A stretch of 63,250 nucleotides of DNA, filler included, from Octopus bimaculoides (taxonomy: Eukaryota), in NCBI RefSeq assembly GCF_001194135.2. It is 5 parts of 4 records of this genome, joined end to end, with 100 filler letters (N's around TTAATTAATTAA, not from the genome) between each part and the next. Parts side by side here need not be neighbours in the genome. Positions count along the whole stretch, not along the records: positions 36,371 to 56,548 come from NC_068998.1; positions 56,649 to 61,390 come from NC_068984.1; positions 61,491 to 63,250 come from NC_068983.1; 2 more parts are not named here. One strand, given 5' to 3'. Each line of letters starts with the position of its first letter. Positions within the stretch are counted from its first letter, which is position 1. Below the pieces are notes generated by a model. The model saw nothing but the letters and a program-made list of their open reading frames with translations. It searched no databases and was not told the origin of the DNA. Of this stretch, positions 53,566-63,250 are shown in pieces. The position numbers were made by a program, and so were the translations under genes.

Positions 53566-54425
53566 ATGACACGGGTACTAACAGTGTAATATGCAAACTC
53601 TTATACATGCGGACACAAGACACATAGGCACATACTAAACACAGAATGAGAAAGAGTAAAATGAGTAGATAAATAAAAAAAATAAAAGATAATTACAAAC
53701 AGTGCAATAGACAAACCTATATGCAAATACACAGGACACACATGCACACACACAGAGATAGAGATGTAAACACATGCAGATAAAGATACATGTCACAGAA
53801 GGTAAAAACTGAAAATGCAAGATAAGAGGAGACACCTTTCATAGAGAGTTGTTGAAGAGGTCACAGAATGTGTGACAACATTTCTTTGACAGACAAACTA
53901 AAACTTAATAATAATAATAATAATAATAATAATTAAAGTGAAGATCAAATAAATAATGTGTATTTAATTGGAAAAATATGACCATCCCAGTTGTAGCAAT
54001 ATCTGTTTCAACACATGATTCCACATCAGGAATCTTGCAAAAACAAATATGTTAATGGTTCTATCATAACTGAACATAAAAACAAACATTAACCTAATGT
54101 GTGCATATGTGTGTGTGTGTGTGCGTGTGTGTAAGTGTGTACTTACATGTGTTCACGTATATGTGTGTGTATGTATGTATGTGTGCTTGTGTCTGTGCTT
54201 ACATGTGTTCCTGTATATGTGCATGTATGTATGCATGTATTGTTTGTATGTATAGCTATCTATATCAACACCTGGATGGATAGGTATATATATATAAATA
54301 TATATGTATGTATATAGAATTCAAATTTATATATATGTGTGTATGTACATGTGTTCATGTAAGTATACACACACATTTATGCACATACACACATGTACAT
54401 ACACACATACACACAATCTCATTTA

Positions 54426-54459
<34 letters not shown>

Positions 54460-54510
54460 CTCCAACCCATGCTAGCATGGAAAGCGGACGTTATACGATG
54501 ATGATGATGA

Positions 54511-54556
<46 letters not shown>

Positions 54557-54640
54557 TTGTATGTAGAAAGTGTCATATTGCCAATAAAAACTAACATGTG
54601 GTTTATAGTTCCCATATTATTATTATTACTATTATTGTTA

Positions 54641-54953
54641 TTATTATTAATCAACTAGTTCACTAATTAACTAATTAATACTTTGATCAAGAATTTGATC
54701 GATCAATCAATCACCTCATCTGATTCCTTTTATTGCAATCTTTGTCATTATCAATGACGTGAGCTTATGCGTCGTTCTCTCATAGCAATCTACAAAAAGA
54801 GAAGTGGCAGATTGATGGCTCGTTATTGATAACTGATAATGCCATCAACAGTGACAAAAGGACTCTCAGGAATCGACCGATTGATCGATGTAATGATTGA
54901 TCAGACATCGGATCAGATGATCAGTTAATTAGTTAACTAGCTGATTGATAATA
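54641..54953. mobile_element. foldback/MITE-like long imperfect palindrome
   Basis: Outer arms TTATTATTAATCAACTAGTTCACTAATTAACT versus rc TTATTATCAATCAGCTAGTTAACTAATTAACT; nested inner complementary blocks. Confidence 0.75.
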
Positions 54954-55659
54954 ATTGATAATAATTGTTTCAAAGTTAGGTAAAGGGCCTGAAATTTTAA
55001 AGAGATAGTTGAGTAGATTAAATTGACCCTCGTACTTGACTTCTCTGTTTTACTGGGTCCCCTTTTCTCATACAGGAGGAAAGGTTTAAGGGGAACTAAA
55101 CTACAACCAGGGTGTGTGTGTGTGTGTGCGTGCGTGTGTGTGTGTTGCTGTGTAGTAAGAAGTTTGCTTCCCATTCACATGGTTCTGGGTTCAGTCCCAC
55201 TGTATGGCACCTTGGGCAAGTGTCTTTTGCTAAAGCTTCAAGCCAGCCAAAGCATTGTGAATGTACTCGGTTGATGGAAACAGACAGAAGCCCATTGTAT
55301 ACATGTATATATATGTGTGTGCATGTGTCTCTGTGTTTCTCTCTCCACTAGATGACCAGTGCTGGTGTGTTTACGTCCCCATAAATAAGTGATGGAATAA
55401 GTAACAGGCTTAAAAAATGAATAACAATTATTGAGGTCAATTTGCTTGACTAAAAGTTTTCAATATAGTGCTCCAGCATTGCCCATGTCTAATGATAGAA
55501 ACAAATAAAAAAAGAAGATAGCACACAGATGTTTAGAAAATATACTTGGCTGATAAATTTAGTACCAGTTGTGTTTTGGGGTCGATCTAATCGATTGGCC
55601 CCCTCCTCAAAACTTTCAGGCCTTGTGCCTAGAGTAGAAAAGAGTATATATGTATGTAG

Positions 55660-55703
<44 letters not shown>

Positions 55704-56470
55704 ATCTTACTGTCTCGATATTATGTGAATGTCATCCATTTGCGGTATTCTATGGGAACATGTTTTTCATAGAGAAATATTACCTTGCTTGGAAATAAGT
55801 AACGGTTCATGACAGGAAGGGCATCCAGCCGTTGAAAACCGCTTTGATAAACTTCATGCAACTCATGCAAGCATGGAAAAGTGGATGTTAAAATGATGAT
55901 GATACATACAACAAAAATACACATGCACAAAAGATCACATGGAGGGTAGAGAGAAAAAGCAAGTGTAGCCATTTTGAATAAAGAAGATGGAGGCAGGGTT
56001 ACTGAATAAGCAGCTATGAACAAATTCCGTGTCATCCCTCATTACACTGGCATTGGGAAGGAAGAGAGATTAAAAGTGGTCGTTCAGAAGAGGTAGAGAG
56101 ATGAAGGGCAGTTAATGGTGGTGGGGGGATTGGATATAAACAAATTCGATACCTTTCCTCATAACACACAGTTAGTTGGTACAGTGCCCAGGATCAGTGA
56201 GAGGGTGGCTTATATAGATTAGGTGGTAAGGAGGAAGGAAGTACATAGAAGACAGTAGATGTCATATACTTCGAGGAGATCACCTACTTGAGATTAGCTT
56301 TCAACATTTTGTTTTGTATCCACATAGGTCCACCTTCCCAAAGGCTCCAACCAACTCAATCACCCCAAGTCCTCAGCACTTCAGCATGCATAACATATTT
56401 ACTTACATACAGGCATACAGACATAAATAAGGATGTATATATATATATATATATATACACACACATATAT

Positions 56471-56504
<34 letters not shown>

Positions 56505-56548
56505 GTATATGATCATCTGTGGACTATATATATATATATATATATATG

Positions 56549-56648
56549 NNNNNNNNNNNNNNNNNNNNNNNNNNNNNNNNNNNNNNNNNNNNTTAATTAA
56601 TTAANNNNNNNNNNNNNNNNNNNNNNNNNNNNNNNNNNNNNNNNNNNN
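56549..56648. other. artificial 100-bp scaffold-join spacer
   Basis: N44-TTAATTAATTAA-N44. Confidence 0.95.
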
Positions 56649-56938
56649 TTCAACTATAGCCTCGGGCCGACCAAAGCCTTGTGAGTGGATATGGTAGACG
56701 GAAACTAAAAGAAGCCCATCGTATATATATATATGTGTGTGTGTGTGTTTGTTCCCCCACCAACATCACTTGACAACCAATACTGGTGTCTTTACGTCCC
56801 AGTAACTTAGCGGTTCGGCAAAAGAGGCCGATAGAATAAGTACTAGGCTTACAAAAAAATAAGTTCTGGGGTCGATTTGTTCGACCAAAGTCGGTGCTCC
56901 TGCATGGCCGCAATCAAATGACTGAAATAAGTAAAATA

Positions 56939-56973
<35 letters not shown>

Positions 56974-56978
56974 CATAC

Positions 56979-57350
56979 GTGAAGGTGCGTGAGTCAGTGG
57001 TTAGAGCGTCGGGCTCATAGTCATGTAGTATTGAGATCGATTGTCGAACCGGGCTGTGTGCTGTGCTGTGTTGTGTCGTGTTGTGTCCTTGAGCAAGGCA
57101 CTTTATTTCACGTTGCTCCAGTTCACCCATCTGTAGGAATGAGTTGCGATGTCACTAGTGCCAAGTTGTATTGACCTTTGGATTTCTCTTGGATGACATC
57201 GGTGGGGGTAGAGAGGGGAGGCTGGTATGCACGGGCGAATGTTGGTCTTCCATAAAACAGCCTTGCCCGGACTTGTGCTTCGAAAGGTAACTTTCTAGGT
57301 GCAATCCCATTGTCGCTCAGGACCGAAGGCGTCTTTACCCTTTACCCTAC
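56979..57350 (+). mobile_element. tRNA-derived SINE family F, long copy
   Basis: Homologous to 14271-14430 and extends to a (TTTACCC)n-like tail. Confidence 0.8.
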
Positions 57351-57654
57351 ATGAATTATTTATCTTTTATGTTTTCTCTTTTATTTATTGCAGTCATTAG
57401 ACTGCGGCCATGCTGGGGCAACGCTTTGAAGGACTTATTCGGACAAATCAACTGAAGTTTTTTTAAAAATTCTGGTACTTGTTCAATATGAAAATCTTTC
57501 GTCAAACATCCAGTGAATTCTTCAGAGACTCTCCATCCCATGTGTCTCCTCCTGTTCTGTTTGATCAATTCTATCGCTGATTTTGTGCCGAACCGCTATG
57601 TTTCTGGGGCATAAACAAACCAAGAACAGTTGTTAAGCGGTGGTGGGGGACAAC

Positions 57655-57738
<84 letters not shown>

Positions 57739-58513
57739 CACACATTTAAACGACGGGCTTCCAGTTTTCGCCTACGAAATCACCTCACAAGGCCTTGGTC
57801 AGTCTAGAGCTATAACAGAAGACTCTTGCACAAGGTGCCACGCAGTGGGACTGAACGAAGACTCTATGTGTGTGTGTGTTTTGCCAATTGGTTCACAAGA
57901 TCATCAGGCAGATATAAACATTTCTATAGGATTCCCGTCGTAGGGTAAAGTAGGAGAAGCTGGAGGAGAAAAGGCAGGAAAGAGAAAAAGGAAAAGAAAA
58001 GTAAGATAAAAAAGAAAAAAAGGAAGATAAAATGAAACGGGAAAAGGATGCACACAGAAATATACATGAGCGTGCATGTGTTTGTGTTTGTGGTTGTGTA
58101 TGTATGTATGTATGTATGTATGTATGTATGCATGCGTATTTGCATGTGTGAGAGAAATCTTTGAAAAATTGCACTATTCTGAGTCATGCAGACTTCCTGA
58201 TAGCCATTGCTCTGCGCTGTACATTAGAGAAATATGCGATAGATTATCTCTAGATTAATCCACGAATCTGCGAATTTCATGTGATAGTATTACAAATGTT
58301 TATGCCTACAAGTTGAAATGGTGTTCTTTCTGAGGAAGTTCAACCCATTATAACCCTTATTAAACACCAATAGAATGTAATCGACAAAAGACCAAATTTT
58401 AGTAGGTGTACATCGTTTCCATTTTCCTTTCGACTACATTGGTCGTACACAAATCATATGATAGTCGGGACACATATTTGATTTCAGATTTAAAATCTGT
58501 TTTAAATAGCTTT

Positions 58514-58608
58514 CTCCACATAGCTCAGTCAGCAGCGCATTATTAGACTTTCAAGGCTTAATTCAATAAGGGATTTGAGGATCGCAGATTTAGATTCGAA
58601 TTCGGTGG
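58514..58608 (+). pseudogene. tRNA-Lys(UUU)-like pseudogene unit 1 with 19-nt intron (most decayed)
   Basis: CTCCACATAGCTCAGTCAGCAG..TTAGACTTTCA-AGGCTTAATTCAATAAGGG-ATTTGAGGATC aligns to units 2 and 3. Confidence 0.7.
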
Positions 58609-58619
58609 TAAATAGCTTT

Positions 58620-58885
58620 GCCAGCTGTTGTGTCGACGCCCCCAAGCGAAGAAGTAGGCTCGACCAAGGCATATAAATAGAGGTAGTCTGACCGTGGTAG
58701 GAGTTGACTGACAGTCGACTGACAGTTGAGTAGCCGTCGTGTAGCGGTTGAGCAGAGATCATCCGAAGGTGCTAGATAGCAGTAGCTTGAGACATAACAC
58801 CAGCATAGTTCAATCCGTAGAGTATCAGACTTTTAAATTTTAATTCAATAAGTGATCTGAGGGTCGCGGATTTAGATTTGAGGCC
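58620..58885 (+). pseudogene. tRNA-Lys(UUU)-like pseudogene unit 2, split by an LTR-like insertion
   Basis: TCAGA-CT-TTT-A[58836-58854]A-TCTGA-GGGTC: anticodon arm and variable loop identical to eukaryotic tRNA-Lys(UUU); T arm decayed. Confidence 0.8.
58626..58799 (+). mobile_element. 174-bp solo-LTR-like element
   Basis: TGTTGTGT...ACATAACA termini (7/8 inverted match), perfect 5-bp TSD CCAGC (58621-58625, 58800-58804), TATAAATA at 58672-58679. Confidence 0.8.
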
Positions 58886-58901
58886 AGTTTTAAATAGCCT
58901 T

Positions 58902-59002
58902 GTCCACATAGCTCAGTCCGTAGAGCATCAGACTTTTAAGGCTTAATTCAATAAGTGATCTGAAGCGTCTTAGTGATCGCGGTTTAAATATCCCTGCGGC
59001 CA
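58902..59002 (+). pseudogene. tRNA-Lys(UUU)-like pseudogene unit 3 with 19-nt intron (58939-58957)
   Basis: GTCCACATAGCTCAGTCCGTAGAGCATCAGACTTTTA[intron]ATCTGA: D arm GCTC/GAGC and anticodon arm intact; 3' TCCCTGCGGCCA partly pairs with the 5' end; T arm disrupted. Confidence 0.82.
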
Positions 59003-59264
59003 CACATTCTCTGTTTAGAAGCATGGCAGTGTCCGCGCGCGTGTGTGTGTGTGTGTGTGTCTTCAAAATCCCCTGCAAGAATCGTCCATCGTTGCCAAAT
59101 CTATACAAAATTAAAAAAACCTATAAGTCTCTAGTAGGACTGGTAAGTCACATCCGTGTAGCCCAAGCTTAACTGACCAATGGAGTGACGGAATTGCTCC
59201 AGATCGAGTTGCAGTAATCAGGTCATCACAACCGTTGAGGATATCTCAAGACGATTTAACCACC

Positions 59265-59310
<46 letters not shown>

Positions 59311-59341
59311 CCATCACCAACATTTTCGTGTGACCTGTCGC

Positions 59342-59760
59342 TCATCCTCCAATGACCTTCAAATAGGATCCACATAGCAGATCACATTGAAAGAAGTTCA
59401 TGGGAGTGTTTCGTCTCCATGTCTCTTCTATTGCCTCTACAAAGACTGGTGTTCTTCTAGAATAACTTAGCACATTTATCCCCAAATCAGGACCAGCATC
59501 TCTATCAATAACTGCAACCTTCATTAACGACCTCTTGCCGAAGGGATTTTTGAAGGCAAGTATTTTAGATACTGCCTGTCTTCCAATGTCTAAACTTAAA
59601 AAGTTAACGCCAGCAGACCAATCTTGATTTAAGGTTGTTAATAAATTAATTCTGAGCGTTCTACACTATCTCTTTTGGAGCATTTGATCCAAAGTTTTGC
59701 TTTGGAATCCAGTCAATACATCTCCTTCATAGCAGTAAAAAATAAAAGATAACAAAAATG
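59342..59760 (-). pseudogene. unidentified coding-like sequence (107 open codons, one upstream in-frame stop)
   Basis: Non-repetitive frame open 59665-59342; no family recognised. Confidence 0.3.
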
Positions 59761-60173
59761 ATAAACATAAATAAGATGAAAAACACCTTGTGTTTTGTTT
59801 AGTTTAACGTTTGTTTACACATTGCTTGCTATTAACACATAATAAAAACTAGTTTCTCTCAGTCACAAGAACACTTCGAGTTCCTACCTCGGCAAACACT
59901 CATCACCATCATGTACGTATTAAACTGTTTTGCATGAGATACAGTGACGCGTCCTACTGATTTCGAAATATATGTTTCTTTTCTTAATGATAATCTCTAC
60001 AATCTGCCAGTTCTTTCGTTCTCTGAGTATTGGAGATCTCATCGTATTTAGCATTGTTCTGTATTTCTCGCTCCATTCCAAAATTTGATAAAATAACTTA
60101 AATCAACCAATATTCGATTTATAGAAATAATGTAATCCCATACTTTTTAGAGTATAGAACAGATACCCACACA

Positions 60174-60240
<67 letters not shown>

Positions 60241-60242
<2 letters not shown>

Positions 60243-60766
60243 GTGTATGTAAGTACGCTCGTGTGAAAGTATTTATACGTCTATGTATATATACATATAT
60301 CTATATACATACGTATCTATACACATACACATCATTTTAATTGTCTTTTAGTATAAATATTTAGACTTTCTGAAAAGTTCCTTCTCAAAAAAGGAAAATA
60401 TGTATATGTGCGCTTGTGTGTATGTGTATGTATGTGTACATATTTATATATGTGTGTATGTGTGTGTACGTATGCATATATGCATATGTGTGTATATGTA
60501 TACGTATATAAGACGTCTGTGTATGTGTCTGTCTGTCTTTCTTTCTGTCTGTCTATCTACCTATCTATCTGTGCATGTAAGTACGCTTGTGTGAAAGTAT
60601 GTATACGTGTATGTATATATACATACATCTATGTACATACGTATATATACACATACACAACATTTTAATTGTCTATTACTCTAAATATTTAGACTTTCTG
60701 GAAAGTTCCTTCTGAAAAAGGAAAATATGTGTATGTACGTTTGTGTGTACGTATGTGTATGTGTGC

Positions 60767-60801
<35 letters not shown>

Positions 60802-60900
60802 CGTGTGTGTGCGCGTGTGGGTGTACGTATGCATATATGCATATTTGTGTATATGTATACATACATAAGGCGTGTGTGTATGTATATATATATATACATA
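60241..60900. repeat. diverged tandem duplication, period ~328 bp
   Basis: CTGTG.ATGTAAGTACGCT.GTGTGAAAGTA at 60241 and 60569, and AAATATTTAGACTTTCTG.AAAGTTCCTTCT in both copies. Confidence 0.85.
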
Positions 60901-61390
60901 TGGATATATATGTATATATTCATATGCACACACACATACTACATATGTGTGTGTGAGTCTGTATGTGTGAGCTTACGTAGATATGAATGTGTGTGTGTGT
61001 GTGAATGTAAACTTGTGTGTACGTAGGAATGTATAATTTTTTGAATATATTTCTGTTTTCCTTCAAATTAAGAAGATTATCAGTTTCATAATGACGTTAA
61101 TTTTGGATAAACATTTATACTCGAGATAATCTCGAGTTTTGATTAAAAGTCGGTCGTATTTGCCCGCTGTTCATTGTTCACCTTACCTGGAAGCGAAGGA
61201 AATTTTCATTAAATCTGATATGGTGTTCCTTATTTAGCTTTACTCGTTTTTGTAGTTCAAATTCATTAGATAGATAGATATATATATATATATATAGATA
61301 GATAGATACATTTCTTTTATTAGCCACACAGGGCTCAACGAAGATGGGACAAATACAATGTAGAGCTGTTCTTTTTGGGAGGGGGAAGGA

Positions 61391-61490
61391 NNNNNNNNNN
61401 NNNNNNNNNNNNNNNNNNNNNNNNNNNNNNNNNNTTAATTAATTAANNNNNNNNNNNNNNNNNNNNNNNNNNNNNNNNNNNNNNNNNNNN
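61391..61490. other. artificial 100-bp scaffold-join spacer
   Basis: N44-TTAATTAATTAA-N44. Confidence 0.95.
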
Positions 61491-61530
<40 letters not shown>

Positions 61531-62391
61531 CTCACATATATAACATTAATCTGCATCTGATGGTGAGGCTCCAGTATGGGTGTTCTGTAGTTGTGAGAAG
61601 CATGAAGTCAGCCTTTAATTACCATTACTCCCAGGTTCCTTCTGACCTGTCAGGGCCCTATCTATGGGGGTAAATAGGTGTCCCAACGGGTAGAGGAGGG
61701 TCCTGTTGTTTATGACAAGGCTCTGAAGACGGCAGCCCTTCTAGGTGAAAGATACTTTGACATAAAACTTGCAGTCAAAATAGTTACCAGTGATCTTGCA
61801 ATGGACTGTCACTGGAACTTACTATGGCGACCAAGAGAGACAAAAGTGTTGAACAAGCTTTTGTCACCTAAATCCAATGATGTACCAATGTCTCTCTATC
61901 ATTTCATTTCTTGATCTGCTTTGTGTAAAGAGTCATATTCGTGCACATGAAGACTGAATTGCCAGTCTTGCACCTAAATCACAAACCATATTGGCTCAAT
62001 AAATATTACTTTATTGCATTCGGTGTCTGGAGACAAATTATATATTTAACTTGTGTTTTAGATAAAATACATTTTGAAAATTACCAAATAGGCACAGTGG
62101 CTGTGTGGTAAGTAGCTTGCTTACCCACCACATGGTTCCGGGTTCAGTCCCACTGCATGGCACCTTGGACAAGTGTCTTCTACTATAGCCTCGGGACGAC
62201 CAAAGCCTTGTGAGTGGATTTGGTAGACGGAAAGTGAAAGAAGCCCGTTGTCTGAGTGGTTGGCGTTAGGAAGGGCATCCAGCCGTAAAAACTCTGCCAA
62301 ATTTAGATTGGAGCCTGGTGTTGCCATCCGGTTTCACCAGTCCTCAGTCAAATTGTCCAACCCATGCTAGCATGGAAAGCGGACGTTAAAC

Positions 62392-62424
<33 letters not shown>

Positions 62425-63250
62425 AGGATGAAATCAAGTCAGAACAATCAGGTTGACTGTGAAACGCTTATCATCTGACAAGGATGAGCCAATCAAGATC
62501 ACATATGTCAGCATAAGTGCATGTATATGTATGTTAATACAGTACAACAATTAACTCATATTGTGTGTGTGTGTGTGTGTGTATACAAACCTGTTCTTTT
62601 TAGTATAATTAATTGGAGAAATAAACTGGTTCTGTTTTTTATATTTTCTAAACATTGTCGTTTCTCGATCTGAATGGGCGTCATGCTATATTTTCTTGTC
62701 CACTGTCAGAGAAGATGAGAAAAAAAAAAATTGATAATCAACATACATATAAATAACTATGCATTAATTAAACTATTTCACACACTAGCTTTGTCTTAGG
62801 GTGTTTGGTGCTGTTGGGTGGAGTTAATACTTGTTTCAAATGTCATGAAATGAAAGACGAAATGTAGTATCATATGAAACCAGAAGCTGAGATTAGTTAT
62901 GTATAACATAAAATTGTATTAGGTATGGCTGAACTCTATAGCATTTGAACCAGTCATATCTGACCCAAATATTCTACCTGTTTTATGTTCAAACCAGCCT
63001 GATCTGGCCTCTGATACCGACCCTACAATATAATTCTAAACATACATTGGTGCAGGAGTGGCTGTGTGGTAAGTAGCTTGCTTACCAACCACATGGTTCC
63101 GGGTTCAGTCCCACTGCGTGGCACCTTGGGCAAGTGTCTTCTACTATAGCCTCGGGCCGACCAAAGCCTTGTGAATGGATTTGATAGAAAGAAAATGAAA
63201 GAAGCCCGTCGTATATATTTCTTTTATTCTTTTATTTGTTTCAGTCATTT

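Noticed and set aside
59330-59530. C2-domain or PLC-like assignment of the unknown ORF (KVAVIDRD, GVNFLSLD)
   Set aside because: Motif order and spacing do not support either family; left unassigned.
61678-61914. 78-aa ORF
   Set aside because: Non-ATG start, adjacent to repeat-like sequence, no recognisable homology.
121-63250. Many ORFs rich in YI, HT, CV, MYVC or X
   Set aside because: Translations of (TA)n, (CA)n, (TACA)n microsatellites or N gaps.

Overview
Eukaryotic, AT-rich, microsatellite- and SINE-dense genomic DNA. The repeat families resemble those I recall from octopod cephalopods (Octopus); this is inferred, not verified. The window is not one contiguous locus: four identical 100-bp spacers (N44-TTAATTAATTAA-N44 at 5315, 36271, 56549, 61391) join five separately assembled pieces. 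Two housekeeping genes can be read, head-to-head across an ~250-bp shared promoter. SSR2/TRAP-beta lies on the minus strand (exons 2, 4, 5 clear; a non-coding exon 1 probable; exons 3 and 6 not visible). MRPL34/bL34m lies on the plus strand (two coding exons, with an ~45-aa basic C-terminal extension). The rest is transposon debris: several SINE families, RTE, Tx1 and Penelope-like fragments, a Tc1-like fossil with D35E spacing, and hAT, piggyBac, pogo, mariner and foldback MITEs. The most unusual structure is at 58.5-59.0 kb: three tandem, decayed tRNA-Lys(UUU)-like units, each with a 19-nt canonical-position intron. A 174-bp solo-LTR-like element (TG..CA, 5-bp TSD) sits in the acceptor stem of the middle unit. 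Nearly all ORFs in the supplied track are microsatellite, N-gap or SINE artefacts. I found no CRISPR array, rRNA or intact tRNA gene, and nothing that proves a new biological system.
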